NCBI GenBank assembly: GCA_963699755.1
Contig: CAVOVB010000002.1
Location: 800,001-864,000 of the forward strand
Length of the DNA: 64,000 bases
Reading direction: 5' to 3'
From: an uncultured delta proteobacterium
GTDB lineage: Bacteria > Myxococcota_A > Polyangia > Polyangiales > Houyiibacteriaceae
Numbering within the stretch: the first letter of the stretch is position 1; every line of letters begins with the position of its first letter. Of the stretch, positions 31,015-41,292 are shown piece after piece. Made by a program: the position numbers and the translations under genes. The notes beneath the pieces are model-generated. The model made no database searches and had not been told where the DNA came from. It saw only the letters and a program-made list of their open reading frames with translations.

Positions 31015-31487
31015 ATGCTGGCGCGCATGACTCCGGCCGTGGTGCTTGCGCTGGCCGTGGGCTCGATGGCGGGTGCGTTGGCGACGGTGGCATCGGTGGC
31101 GCTGGCGGGATAGCCGGCTCGGTCGGCACCGGGGCAGCTGTCGGGTCGGGAGGCTCGATTGCGCCCGCTGGCATTATCGACAAGGACGGCATTCTCATCA
31201 TCGAGAACAGGACCATCTCGGGCAATAGCGGCGCCGTCTTGCACGAAGACGGTTCGTACTCCAACGGCTACGGCATCCTCAACGGGGGCACGCTGACGAT
31301 AACGAACAGCACGGTGGGAGCGAACGCAGTCGGGGCTTGGACAATCGCCGCGAGGCGATGGTGACGAACAGCGTGATCGATCGACACCACCCCCACAGCG
31401 ATGTGAGAGGCGACCGAAGACCAGCGGGGCAAACCTCGACCCGCGGGCGCCATGTGCGACGTGGGGGCGTTCGAGCTGCAGCCGTAG
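31015..31487 (+). pseudogene. Decayed lipoprotein with choice-of-anchor-Q-like C-terminus
   Basis: Leader broken by a frameshift at the lipobox, Gly-rich linker, GILNGGTLTITNSTV beta-helix fragment, end DQRGKPRPAGAMCDVGAFELQP* (31419-31487). Confidence 0.75.
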
Positions 31488-31735
31488 GTTTTACGGGTAG
31501 CCGACTGCGCGGCCTGTGGTCTTTGCCGTGTCTTGTTTCGTTCTTGGTCTGAGGGTCGACCGAGCCGCTACGCTCGCGTTCGGGGGCGCGACTGGCGAAC
31601 ATTTCGACCCATCATCTGACTAGACGAACAGGGGTGGAAAATTACCTGTGACCGATAGTGTGCGGGTCGGTCACAGTTGGACGCTGGTCGGGCGGCCGGA
31701 ATTTCAAAAACGGGGCGAATTTGGAGGTTTGCGAT

Positions 31736-31751
31736 TGGCACGGCTGATGCA
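31736..31751 (+). promoter_or_regulatory. sigma54 promoter
   Basis: TGGCACGGCTGATGCA (GG-N10-GC) upstream of ATG 31813. Confidence 0.65.
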
Positions 31752-31812
31752 CCTAGATCCGCGCTGAGAAGGGCGCTGCCAGGCATCTGGGTAGTGCAAA
31801 GGGAGCGGGAAC

Positions 31813-33507
31813 ATGCAAGCGAATGACTTCTCAGAGCTTCTCGAACAACTCGCGCGCTCGGAGCGTGATGGACATCGATACCGGAGCAGTGACTCGGTTG
31901 CGGAGCTGACCTACGGCGCGCTCATCGCAGAAGCAGACCAGCTGGCTCGAGGCATGCACGCTCTTGGAGCTCGTCGCGGCGACCGAGTGGGGCTGGTGTT
32001 GCATCGTGCGGAGGACTTCGTCCCCGCGTTTCTCGGCTGCGTTCGCGCGGGGTTCATCGCGGTGCCTCTCTATCCACCACTGACGCTGGGGCAGCTCGCC
32101 TCCTGGGCCGAGACGACGGGACGCATGTTGGCGACAGCAGGCGCGAGCCTGCTCCTTGCCGACCCACCCGTCGCCTACACGCTTCGCTCTTTGCGCGATG
32201 AGGTGCCGTCACTACGCGAAGTGGTCTCGATCGCTGAGCTGCCCGACGCTGGGGAGCTGCGGCTTGGCCCCGCGAGCGATGACCAAGTCGTATTCCTTCA
32301 GTTCACCTCGGGGAGCACGTCTGCGCCTCGCGGTGTTCGCGTGACGCACGGAAGCCTTTGGGCGAATGCGCACGCGATCATGGTGGACGGATTGCACGCG
32401 AGCCCTGAAGACCGCGGCGTGAGCTGGCTCCCGCTCTACCACGACATGGGCCTGATCGGGTTCGTGATGGCTCCGCTCGTCACGCTGACTCCTGTGACCT
32501 TCATCTCCACCCTCGATTTCCTGAAGCGACCGGAAGTATGGGTGAGGACCCTGTCCGAAGACCGGGGAACGATCTCCTTTGCGCCCAACTTCGGTTATGC
32601 CTTGACTGCGCGGCGCACGACGTCGACAGAGGGACTGGACCTGTCGTCGGTGCGCGTGCTCGGCTGCGGTGCCGAGCCGATCCAGCCCGACGCGATCGAG
32701 CGTTTCTTCGAGCGCTTTTCGGAGGCGGGTTTGAAACCGAGCGCTTTTCTATCCTGCTACGGCTTGGCCGAAACCACCCTGGCCGTCACCTTCGCGGGGA
32801 TGGAGGACGAGCTCAAGGTCGACCAGCTCGACTTCGAGCCGGAGCCCTCGGCACAAGACCACGACCACGACCAAGATGATTCAGGACTACATCGGCTCGA
32901 GCACCGCATCCCGGTGGTGTCGTGCGGACGCCCCCTGCCCCGCCATCGCGTTTCGATCCTCGGCGCAGACGGCAAGCCACTTCCCGAGCGTCGAGTCGGC
33001 GAGGTCTTCGTGGAGGGGCCGAGCGTGACGGACGGTTACTGGGGCGACGAAGAGGCGGCGGACCGCGTCTTCGTCAAGGGCGGCGTCAAGACAGGAGACC
33101 TCGGCTACCTGTCGGACGGCGAGCTCTACGTGACGGGTCGTTTGAAAGACACCCTCATCGTCCGCGGCCGCAACTACGATCCGACTCCCATCGAGATCGC
33201 GGCGGGTCGCGTCGATGGCGTACGCACCGGCAACGTGGCCGCGTTTTCCGTTTCGGGCGACCTCAGCGAGCGAATCGTCGTCGCCGCCGAGTACCGCGAG
33301 GGCGATCTGGACGCCATCGAGTCGGAAATCGTCCGCGCAGTGCAGCGCGCGGTCGGCCTCACTGTGGACGAGGTGGTGCTGATCGAGCCGGGCTCGTTGC
33401 CCAAGACCACGAGCGGCAAGCTCCAACGCTCGGCGACCCGAGAACAGTATCTCGACGGTACGCTCGGCCTAGTGCGCCGCCGGACGGACGCGTCTGCGGT
33501 TGCTTGA
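31813..33507 (+). CDS. Fatty acyl-AMP ligase
   Basis: FLQFTSGSTSAPRG, SWLPLYHDMGLIG, CYGLAE, TGDLG, PKTTSGK. Confidence 0.9.
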   Translation: MQANDFSELLEQLARSERDGHRYRSSDSVAELTYGALIAEADQLARGMHALGARRGDRVGLVLHRAEDFVPAFLGCVRAGFIAVPLYPPLTLGQLASWAETTGRMLATAGASLLLADPPVAYTLRSLRDEVPSLREVVSIAELPDAGELRLGPASDDQVVFLQFTSGSTSAPRGVRVTHGSLWANAHAIMVDGLHASPEDRGVSWLPLYHDMGLIGFVMAPLVTLTPVTFISTLDFLKRPEVWVRTLSEDRGTISFAPNFGYALTARRTTSTEGLDLSSVRVLGCGAEPIQPDAIERFFERFSEAGLKPSAFLSCYGLAETTLAVTFAGMEDELKVDQLDFEPEPSAQDHDHDQDDSGLHRLEHRIPVVSCGRPLPRHRVSILGADGKPLPERRVGEVFVEGPSVTDGYWGDEEAADRVFVKGGVKTGDLGYLSDGELYVTGRLKDTLIVRGRNYDPTPIEIAAGRVDGVRTGNVAAFSVSGDLSERIVVAAEYREGDLDAIESEIVRAVQRAVGLTVDEVVLIEPGSLPKTTSGKLQRSATREQYLDGTLGLVRRRTDASAVA

Positions 33508-33617
33508 GTGAGCGAGGGAAGCCTGGCGTTTCCAATGCACCGAGGAAGAGCTTTGCTGTCCGCGGCGTCTGTGGGTATAGACCCTTCCCTTCGAAGCTCG
33601 AGGGGAGGAGGAAAGCG

Positions 33618-33965
33618 ATGGCGCGGCACGTTGTATGCAAGGAATCGGAGCTGGCGGTTGGTGAGAAGAAGCCTTTCAAAGCCGGCGACGCGAGCATTCT
33701 CGTCTATCACTTAGAGGATGGCTTTTACGCGACGCAAGCCAGCTGTACGCACGTCTTCGCGCCGCTTGCGCGTGGCAAGATCATCGACGGGAGCCGCATT
33801 CGCTGTCCGCTTCATCGCGCCGAGTTCGATATTCGGACGGGCGAGGTCCAGACCTGGGCCAACTTCCCACCCGGCATCCAGCTGCTCAATGTCGTGCGCA
33901 GCGAAAAGGCGTTGAAGACCTATCACGCGTCTGTGGAAAACGGTGAGGTGGTGGTGGAGCTGTAG
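33618..33965 (+). CDS. Rieske [2Fe-2S] ferredoxin
   Basis: CTH...CPLH; GGAGG RBS. Confidence 0.9.
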   Translation: MARHVVCKESELAVGEKKPFKAGDASILVYHLEDGFYATQASCTHVFAPLARGKIIDGSRIRCPLHRAEFDIRTGEVQTWANFPPGIQLLNVVRSEKALKTYHASVENGEVVVEL

Positions 33966-33984
33966 CGGGGACGGCTCACCGCGC

Positions 33985-34905
33985 TCAAGGCGTGCTCCGC
34001 GCCGTTTGATACGCTTGGCGCAGGACTTCGACGGAGCGGTTCAGAGCCTCTCGTTCTTCTGCATCCATTTCGGGCTCGATGACCTCGACGGCGCCCGTTC
34101 GGCCGACGATCGTCGGGAGTGAGATCGCAACGTCACGAATTCCGGCGGCGCCTTCCTGAACGCGCGAGATGGTCAGAATCCGTCGGCCTGCTCCCCGAAG
34201 CGTCCAGCGGAGCAGCGCCGCGGTCACGAGGCCGATGGCGTGGTTGGTGGAGCCTTTTCTCGCAATGATCTCGTAGGCAGCATTGCGGACGTCGTGTGCG
34301 ATCGACAGCTCCTTTTCGCGGCTCCAACCTGGCCGCGTCCGAAGCCGCACCCCACCGAGCTGGGCGCCCGACCAAAGCGCCACGGACGAGTCGCCGTGCT
34401 CGCCGACCACCTGGGCGTGAATCGAGCGCGGCTCCAAATCGAGCGCTCGTCCAAGCGCCTCTCGGAGTCGTGCGGTGTCGAGCATCGTTCCGGTACCGAT
34501 GACCCGCGGCAGGGGCAGACCCGAAGCCTCGGCGGCCACTTGCGTCATGACGTCGACCGGGTTGGTGACGATGACCAACATTCCTTGCATCGCGGACAAG
34601 CGCTGCGCAATCTCGTGCACGATCGTGGCGTTGACCCGAAGCAAATCGAGTCGGCTCTCCTTTGGACCGCCCCCCTTCCCTGCCGCGATGATGACCGCAT
34701 CTGCGTCGAGCATCTCGTCAATCGGAGCGGCCCGGACAGACGCAGTCGGATAGAAGGCCGCGCCGTGCGCGAGGTCCATCGCTTCCCCTTCGGCAAGGCC
34801 CGGCTTGGCGTCGTCGAGCAGTAGCTCCGTTGCCAGCCCGCTATTGAGGATGGATGAGGCCACGCTCGCCCCGACCCAACCCATGCCCACGATGCCTATC
34901 TTCAT
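33985..34905 (-). CDS. ldh: L-lactate/malate dehydrogenase family
   Basis: GMGWVG, ESRLDL, TNPVD, LDTARLR, GEHGDS. Confidence 0.88.
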   Translation of the reverse strand: MKIGIVGMGWVGASVASSILNSGLATELLLDDAKPGLAEGEAMDLAHGAAFYPTASVRAAPIDEMLDADAVIIAAGKGGGPKESRLDLLRVNATIVHEIAQRLSAMQGMLVIVTNPVDVMTQVAAEASGLPLPRVIGTGTMLDTARLREALGRALDLEPRSIHAQVVGEHGDSSVALWSGAQLGGVRLRTRPGWSREKELSIAHDVRNAAYEIIARKGSTNHAIGLVTAALLRWTLRGAGRRILTISRVQEGAAGIRDVAISLPTIVGRTGAVEVIEPEMDAEEREALNRSVEVLRQAYQTARSTP

Positions 34906-35250
34906 TGCTACCCTCCGTTGATACTATCGATTGGCCCCTCCATCGAGTAGAGCTATCGGTATTCGAGACCGTGGGAATCACGGGTGCCGACGGGTGATCT
35001 GTCCGGCAAGCGACCTTGGGCGAACTGAAAAGAAAACGCAGCGCAAATGCTGCGCTGTGTTCGGCCGACCGGCGAAAAGGCCAAGCCTTCTCAGGCGCCA
35101 TCGGGGCGATCGCGGCGCAAGCGGCTAGCCGTCCACCGAAACGGGTCCACTCCAAACGGAATCTCGCGTTCTTCATCCGGATCGATTGGAACGCTTGTCG
35201 ACCGTCACTGTAGTTTGGGAGAGGTGGGCCCGAGGCGGTATGCTCTAGGC

Positions 35251-35700
35251 ATGCACCGGGTGATGGGCTGGCCTACTACTACCGCATACGTCGAGATCGA
35301 CCATCCGTGGATCTCGAACGATCTAATGCCCATCTACCGATGGACCTTTCCTGCGGAGGCCACCGACGAAGAGCTCAGCGCCTGCCTTCGGGCACGCGAA
35401 GACTGGGCGGTTTTTGCGCGCTACCCGATGGCCTGGGTCATCGACCTCTCGAACGTCACCAAGGCGCCTGCCACCCAGCGTAGGGCGTTTGCCGAGCATC
35501 TCAAACGATTCGAAGAATTCAGTGCGCGCTGGAACACGGGCTCGGCGCTGATCGTGCCGAGTGGGTGGCTTCGCGGGCTTGTGACCGCGGTGTTTTGGAT
35601 CTCCCCGCCGAAGTTCCCGTACCAACTTTTCTCGGGGCCTATCGAGGCAGAACGTTGGGCAAAGAAGCAGCTCGCCGCAGAAATCGCTGAGCTAGACTAA
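35251..35700 (+). CDS. Myxobacterial STAS/SEC14-like small protein
   Basis: VIDLS...PATQRR...SALIVPS..LRGLVTAVFW pattern; TATGCT 6 nt before ATG. Confidence 0.65.
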   Translation: MHRVMGWPTTTAYVEIDHPWISNDLMPIYRWTFPAEATDEELSACLRAREDWAVFARYPMAWVIDLSNVTKAPATQRRAFAEHLKRFEEFSARWNTGSALIVPSGWLRGLVTAVFWISPPKFPYQLFSGPIEAERWAKKQLAAEIAELD

Positions 35701-35809
35701 GTGCTGCCCCGCCGAAGCCTCGAACGAGTGAACAATTGCGCATAGACATCACCAGAGTTCGGTGGTTGCATCGGATGGCGACCGTCCTCAACAATGGCAG
35801 TCAGCGTGC

Positions 35810-36238
35810 ATGGCCTCTTGGAAGAACAGCATCGTGATTCACGCGCCCACCGATCGAGTGTTCGCGTATGTCGATGAGCCAAGGACCTTGGTCGATTGGC
35901 TGCCGAGCATGTTTGAAGTTCGGAATGTGATCGGGTCCGGCGCGGGGCAGCAGTACGAGTGGACGTACAAGATGGCAGGGCTTCTGCTCCGCGGGCAGAG
36001 CACGGTCATCGAGCATGTTCCCAATGAACGCGCCGTGCATCAGAACATCGGAATGATCAGCGCAATTTGGGGATACACCGTCGAACAGCACCAAGAAGGG
36101 ACGGCACTGACGATCGACGTCCAGTACAGCATCCCCATTCCGGTGCTGGGTAAGCTGGCGGAGCACATCGCAATCAGGCGGAACAAGCGCGAGTTCGACA
36201 TGGCACTGACCAACGTCAAGGAGACGCTGGAAGGCTAG
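35810..36238 (+). CDS. SRPBCC (polyketide cyclase) family protein, copy 1
   Basis: IHAPTDRVFAYV..P..W; paralog of 42826-43254. Confidence 0.85.
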   Translation: MASWKNSIVIHAPTDRVFAYVDEPRTLVDWLPSMFEVRNVIGSGAGQQYEWTYKMAGLLLRGQSTVIEHVPNERAVHQNIGMISAIWGYTVEQHQEGTALTIDVQYSIPIPVLGKLAEHIAIRRNKREFDMALTNVKETLEG

Positions 36239-36281
36239 GCAAGTGAGACGCCGACGAGGTGAGGGGATCGCTGCCCGATTC

Positions 36282-37349
36282 CTACGGCAACCCCGCCATG
36301 GCCACTGGACCGGACATCGCCTCCGACTCCGGACGGCGCTCCCAGTGCCCGTCCTTTCGAAGCGTCATGTCGACTGGGTACGCGTCGTCCAGGAACTGCG
36401 CGAGCCCGGCAAAGAAGGCGAGGTGATCGTATGCGTTCGGTCGTCGGACGCGAAGCTCGAGACCGACCTCGGCGATGTGATCGGCTTCGAGAACACCGAG
36501 GATCTCCCAATTGTCTCGGCGGTGGTTCTCGAGCCCTGGATAGGCTTGATCTTGGTACTCAGGCGGGAGGTTTCCGAAGAACGAACCGCTGACGGTCACC
36601 AGGCCATCGTTGGGGCCACCACCCTCCTCGGGATCGGTTTGATGGATATCCTCGTATTCCGGACGCAGCCACGGATGAACGATGTCGCGGCAGCCGGAAT
36701 CGCCGGCGACGGCATAGTAGCGGACGTTGGGATCGTCCTCGATGATCCGGGTGAAGTGCTCAAGCATGAACCTGCGCTTGAGCGCCTTCACCGCGCGGTC
36801 CGTGTCCTGCTGCTCTCCCCGAATGAGGGCCGTGATGAGGTTGAGGGAGCGCATAAGAGCCTTGACGGCTTGTTTGTGCCCAGGAATGTCTTGCACGACG
36901 GCGTCGGCAATGACCGAGCCAAAGTAGGGTGTGGCAATGATGGTAACGGAGGCGACGTGGGCACCATAGCCAAACCCGAAGAGCGGGCCGACGGGTGTCT
37001 CGTGTGGGCCCGTGAAAGGCGCGACGAGCACGCGGGCATCGAGGCCGCCTTGACCATGGCCTAAGAGGTGTAGCTTCTCGGCTGGGGTCTGCGTGCGGAT
37101 CTTCTCAATAGCGCTGAACCACTGCTTGGCGCGGTCGAGTGGATCTTCGAACGGCGCCACTTGGGGCGCAAAGAGTTGATAGCCCATTGCGCGGAGTTGC
37201 CGGCGCACATTGGTGAAATACTCGAGCCACACCTGTTTGCCGGGTCCGAGCTCTCGAAACCCCGCAAACCCGTGCATGAGCACGATGGGTTCACCAAACA
37301 CCTCACCTGGCGACGGCGTGGGTTCCAAGGCTCGGAACGCCGACTTCAT
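36282..37349 (-). CDS. Triacylglycerol lipase/esterase-family protein with Gly at the catalytic Ser position
   Basis: PIVLMHGFAG, GHGQGGLDAR, IATPYFGS, NDGLV, ADH. Confidence 0.8.
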   Translation of the reverse strand: MKSAFRALEPTPSPGEVFGEPIVLMHGFAGFRELGPGKQVWLEYFTNVRRQLRAMGYQLFAPQVAPFEDPLDRAKQWFSAIEKIRTQTPAEKLHLLGHGQGGLDARVLVAPFTGPHETPVGPLFGFGYGAHVASVTIIATPYFGSVIADAVVQDIPGHKQAVKALMRSLNLITALIRGEQQDTDRAVKALKRRFMLEHFTRIIEDDPNVRYYAVAGDSGCRDIVHPWLRPEYEDIHQTDPEEGGGPNDGLVTVSGSFFGNLPPEYQDQAYPGLENHRRDNWEILGVLEADHIAEVGLELRVRRPNAYDHLAFFAGLAQFLDDAYPVDMTLRKDGHWERRPESEAMSGPVAMAGLP

Positions 37350-37444
37350 TAGGGCTCTTGCCGCGAATGGAGCCGCGCGAACAAGCGACTCCGCGAATTT
37401 GAGCTCTTTCCTCGCAACTACCCCCTTTCGCGACTAACAAACCG

Positions 37445-37460
37445 CGCATGCGGCGTGCCA
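37445..37460 (-). promoter_or_regulatory. Possible sigma54 promoter of the lipase-like gene
   Basis: Minus strand TGGCACGCCGCATGCG (GG-N10-GC). Confidence 0.5.
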
Positions 37461-37753
37461 ATCGCGAACGCCCGTTTTCTTAGGGGGCTTGCCTCGCCAG
37501 GCGGCGAAACGGATGCGCATGTTGACTGCCGGGCGCAACCCTGACGCGTGGGGTCTTGCGGGGATCGCTCTGCCCTTCCCCCGATCCGTCCAACCGAGCG
37601 GTGCGAGCTGTCGGCTCCGGCATGCAAACTTCAGATGGGAGCGAGTCGGCGTGGATAGGCGATGCCTGCGTGATGCAGGACCGTTGGTGCGTCAACCTTA
37701 GCGACGCCGCGATCTGGTACAGCGTCGCCGTGACGGCACTTGCAGACGGCTGC

Positions 37754-37912
37754 TCACTCGTCAGGATCTGGCTCCTGCTCCCGACGCAATTTGGTCCCAC
37801 TCTCGAGGAGATGGCACTCGCTGCAGAGCGCTCGCTTCTCGTCGACCAGGATCTCTGCCACCTGTTCCCCGCACGCCTCGCAAATGACAATGCTCGCCAC
37901 GTCTTCTGGCAC
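37754..37912 (-). CDS. Small CxxC...CxxC zinc-finger protein, paralog of 10715-10876
   Basis: VICEACGEQVAEILVDEKRALCSECHLLE; GTG start inferred. Confidence 0.6.
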   Translation of the reverse strand: MPEDVASIVICEACGEQVAEILVDEKRALCSECHLLESGTKLRREQEPDPDE

Positions 37913-38320
37913 TGGGAATTTCTTAGCACGTGGTTCCCGGGCGTGCCTCGGATTCCAAGCCTTCCGTCGAGCGAACTCTGCGTCTGGTTGCCGGTTCGGC
38001 AATGAGAACAATTACGTATGTCAGAAACGGACATGCGACCGTAGATTGAATTGGTGGACGCTGCGGGCGCTTCTTTCCTCGAGGAGGCCGCCTGCGTGGG
38101 TGTGTGTTCACGCAATTGGGATTGCGGCTGACGTGCGGTGCGTCGTGCATCCTCACCTCGACTGGGACCCGAGGCGCGGAGGCGGCGGGAGCTGGACACC
38201 TAGGGCCCCCCGAACGTGGCACCCATCGCACGTTGTGAGTTGCGTCATCGCTCTAGGGTCCTCCTTTGCCTACCGGCGCGGATTCGGGGTCGGGTTGCGA
38301 GCTCAGGCGCCCTCGGGGGT

Positions 38321-38369
38321 CCGCGAAGCACAGGTCTCTTAGACGGGGCGAGAGACCTCTACTTCACGG
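38321..38369 (+). promoter_or_regulatory. Two-stem leader hairpin, copy 1
   Basis: CCGCGAAG/CTTCACGG outer stem (one mismatch), AGGTCTCT/AGAGACCT inner stem, before the DUF3768 gene. Confidence 0.55.
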
Positions 38370-38395
38370 CCCCCAACAAACAAAGCGTGGAAACC

Positions 38396-38725
38396 ATGAG
38401 CCCCAAGGAGAAGATCGCGTTGCTGAACGACAAGGCTCGGACGGGGCTGCTGCCCGGATCGACGAGCGTGTTTCTGACGCGGAGGGTGGCCGCCCTGCCC
38501 GAAGAGATTTCAACTCTGCGCCGCACCGCAGCCGAGTTCGACGCTTTCACCGAAGACAACGATCCTTACCGGGAGCGTGATTTCGGGGCCGTGGAGCTGG
38601 CCGGAGAACGTTACTTCTGGAAGATCGACTACTACGATCGAACGCTTCGGTTCGGAGCCGAAGACCCATCCGACACCACCGAGACCGTGCGTGTCCTGAC
38701 CCTCATGCACGCAAGTGAGTACTGA
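38396..38725 (+). CDS. DUF3768-family protein
   Basis: IALLND..R, FDAFTEDNDPYRERDFG, FWKIDYYD, RVLTLMHASEY. Confidence 0.9.
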   Translation: MSPKEKIALLNDKARTGLLPGSTSVFLTRRVAALPEEISTLRRTAAEFDAFTEDNDPYRERDFGAVELAGERYFWKIDYYDRTLRFGAEDPSDTTETVRVLTLMHASEY

Positions 38726-38726
38726 G

Positions 38727-38972
38727 ATGACCTGCGCAACCGAGAACCGTGAGTTCGATTGGGTCTGCCCCGAATGCGGCAGCGATGACTGCGAAGTGAC
38801 CGCTTGGGTGCATGTGAACTCGAACGAAGTGTGCGAGGGCGAAGGGCCAGGCGAGCAGCATTGGTGCCCTCAATGCGAGGACCATCCTCGCCGGCTGGTG
38901 CAGCGAAGGGAGTTCGATTCGCGTCGACAGGGACAGAAGAAAACCGCTTCATTCGAGGAGCTTGGCGATTGA
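38727..38972 (+). CDS. Zinc-ribbon hypothetical protein
   Basis: CPECGSDD...WCPQCE; coupled to the DUF3768 stop. Confidence 0.7.
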   Translation: MTCATENREFDWVCPECGSDDCEVTAWVHVNSNEVCEGEGPGEQHWCPQCEDHPRRLVQRREFDSRRQGQKKTASFEELGD

Positions 38973-38974
38973 AT

Positions 38975-39003
38975 TTGACAAAATAGACGGAATAGACCAA
39001 GAT
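38975..39003 (+). promoter_or_regulatory. sigma70 promoter of TA operon 1
   Basis: TTGACA-17 bp-CAAGAT; spacer holds tandem AATAGAC; ATG 39011 lies 7 nt downstream. Confidence 0.7.
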
Positions 39004-39010
39004 GAAATCC

Positions 39011-39616
39011 ATGGGTGCCACGAAAAAGAGCAAGGTCGAGTCGCTGGCCGCGGTGGTTCGCGAAGAAGCCAGGCGATTGAAGCCGAAGGAGATCGAACGG
39101 CTGGTGCGGCACCCGAAAGTGGTCCGTCGTGCGTTGGCGTTTGCGGCCGAAACGCTCGCCGAGGATGTGGACGCGGACGTGGCGCCGGTTCAAGTCCTTG
39201 GGCGTGGAGGCCGCGCCAAGACGGTGCCCGCGGCGGAGGCACGTCGCCGGTTGGCAGCTCGTACCCGATCTGTCGAGGAGGATGCACTTCTGAGCTCCGA
39301 GGAGTTCGCGAAGAAGGCAGGACTCAAGAACCGGCAATCGGTGCACAACTGGCTCAAGAAAGGGCGCGTGGTCGGCTGGACGGGTGCGAAACGCGGGGTC
39401 GTGTTTCCCGCGGCGCAGCTCGACGACCGAGGACGGCTCCCCGAGGGACTCGAAGAGGTCCTCGCGCTCTTTGACGACGGGTATGCGGCGTGGGTCTGGT
39501 TGAGGACGCCCTTGCCGGCCCTCGACGGTCAAACGCCACTCGCGAGACTACGTGCCGGCGAGCGCGAGACGGTGCTCGAAGCCGCACGAGGGGATGCTCA
39601 AGGTGACTTTGCGTGA
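39011..39616 (+). CDS. Xre/MbcA/ParS-type antitoxin with HTH
   Basis: HTH (NRQSVHNWLKKG), FPAAQ, WVWLRTPLPALDGQTPLARL; GTGA overlap with the RES gene; alternative start 39002. Confidence 0.8.
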   Translation: MGATKKSKVESLAAVVREEARRLKPKEIERLVRHPKVVRRALAFAAETLAEDVDADVAPVQVLGRGGRAKTVPAAEARRRLAARTRSVEEDALLSSEEFAKKAGLKNRQSVHNWLKKGRVVGWTGAKRGVVFPAAQLDDRGRLPEGLEEVLALFDDGYAAWVWLRTPLPALDGQTPLARLRAGERETVLEAARGDAQGDFA

Positions 39617-40203
39617 GCCGGGGGTATAGCGTCCAACGGATTTCGACGCGGCTTGTCGAGATTGAGCTCGATTCCGTCTACCGACTGATTCGAAAGAAGC
39701 ACCGCCGGCGCCCGCTTCGGGTCGTGCCCACGCCGAGCCGGTTCAGCGACCCGAACGGGCAATACGCGGTGCTCTACGCGGCCGAATCGGTGCGGTGTAG
39801 TTCCTGGGAGGCGCTTGGGCGAAATCGCTTCACCCGCAAGAAGCAGCGCGAGCTGCCTCGTTTCGAGGTGGAGGACCGCGTGATTGCGACGCTTCGTTCG
39901 ACGGAGCCCCTGGCCCTGGTGGACCTTCGGGCCGATGGACCGGTGCGAATCGCGGCTCCGACCGGTGTTGCCCACGATGCGAATCATGCTGCGGCGCGCG
40001 CGCTTTCCGCCGCGACGCATGCGGGGGTGCCCGCCGCCGACGGGTTCGTTTATCACTCGAGGTTTACGGGGGACGCGTGCGTTGCCGTGTTCTCTCGGGC
40101 TCTTGGCAAGCTTGATGCCGTGGCCGTGGAGCCGCTCATACGAAGCGCGGACTTCCTCGATGCGCTCGATGACTACGACATCACACTGACGACGCCCTCG
40201 TGA
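39613..40203 (+). CDS. RES-domain toxin
   Basis: SRFSDP..YAVLYAAES...WEAL...DGFVYHSRF. Confidence 0.85.
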   Translation: MSRGYSVQRISTRLVEIELDSVYRLIRKKHRRRPLRVVPTPSRFSDPNGQYAVLYAAESVRCSSWEALGRNRFTRKKQRELPRFEVEDRVIATLRSTEPLALVDLRADGPVRIAAPTGVAHDANHAAARALSAATHAGVPAADGFVYHSRFTGDACVAVFSRALGKLDAVAVEPLIRSADFLDALDDYDITLTTPS

Positions 40204-40401
40204 ACCCCTCGGACCTTGACGGCGAGCAAACGAAAGCCCCGTTTCAACGGGATTCATGTTTTCTTCGCAGGTGAGCGCGGAAGCATTGATCGTCGGGTGC
40301 GCTCGGCACCGAACCCCGGTTTCCCTCCTTTTTTCTCCTGGTCCTGTGCCTCGGAAGTTCGTGTGAACGAGGCACTCGCCCATTTCAAACGGAGGAACCC
40401 G

Positions 40402-40635
40402 ATGATTCAGAAGATCACTCAACAAGACGCCCGCCTTCTCGCGACTCGGGACGCCGTGCGCGCCATGGAACAAAGCGACTACGACGGCGTGAGCTGCGCG
40501 TGCTCCGAGGGCTTTGACGACCACCGCTTCGAGGGGCTCGGCGACGTGATTCTGTTGAACCCCGGGCTCGAGATCTCGGAGAACATCGTCCAGGCCTACG
40601 ACGCGGTGTACCGGGAGACCTGGCAGCGCGGTTAG
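40402..40635 (+). CDS. Hypothetical protein (77 aa)
   Basis: GGAGG RBS preceded by a GTGCCTCG/CGAGGCAC hairpin (40346-40375). Confidence 0.65.
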   Translation: MIQKITQQDARLLATRDAVRAMEQSDYDGVSCACSEGFDDHRFEGLGDVILLNPGLEISENIVQAYDAVYRETWQRG

Positions 40636-40681
40636 TGCCCTCGCTCCGCGGGCTGAAGCCCGCGCGGCCTCGCCGTTCGCG

Positions 40682-40725
40682 CCGTGAGCCAGCTCTCCGA
40701 ATCGGGCGAAAGAGCTGCCTCACGG
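40682..40725 (+). promoter_or_regulatory. Two-stem leader hairpin, copy 2
   Basis: CCGTGA/TCACGG and CAGCTCT/AGAGCTG stems followed by AAAGGAGA RBS of radC. Confidence 0.65.
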
Positions 40726-40743
40726 CGCGAAAGGAGAGTCTCG

Positions 40744-41199
40744 ATGTCCGAGCCAAACGCCCAAACCGACGACCTGCACATCATCCGCGAGGTTCATTTG
40801 AACTACAGCCAAGACCGGCCCGTCCAGGCGCCGCTCACCGACAGCGATGCTGCGGCGGCGTTTCTTCGCGGGGTCGTGAAAGACACCACCCCAGAGCACG
40901 CGGTGGCCATCTACCTCGACCCGAAGAACCGCCCGCTTGGTTGGCGCATCGTTTCGATCGGCACCGACGTTTCGGCGCCTGTGAAGCCGCTCCTGGTCTT
41001 GCAGCCCGCGGTGTTGCTCGGGGCCAGTGCGATGATCTTTGCGCACAACCACCCTTCGGGAGACCTCGAACCGAGCCCGGAAGACAAGAAGCTGGCGGAG
41101 ATGCTGTGCCAGGCCTGCACGCTGCTTGGCCTTCGGCTATTGGACAACCTCATCTGGACCGAGCTCGGAAGCACGAGCTACGGGCCGTACGCGAGGTAG
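40744..41199 (+). CDS. radC: RadC-like JAB domain protein (short, mobile-element type)
   Basis: EHAVAIYLD..N, AHNHPSGDLEPSPED. Confidence 0.9.
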   Translation: MSEPNAQTDDLHIIREVHLNYSQDRPVQAPLTDSDAAAAFLRGVVKDTTPEHAVAIYLDPKNRPLGWRIVSIGTDVSAPVKPLLVLQPAVLLGASAMIFAHNHPSGDLEPSPEDKKLAEMLCQACTLLGLRLLDNLIWTELGSTSYGPYAR

Positions 41200-41292
41200 C
41201 AGAGGGCTGCACGATGAAGAACGTGAGACAAGCCGGGGGAACCGAAACGCCGTAATCGCGTGTACAGTGCAACACTTTGCGCATGCTCCGGC

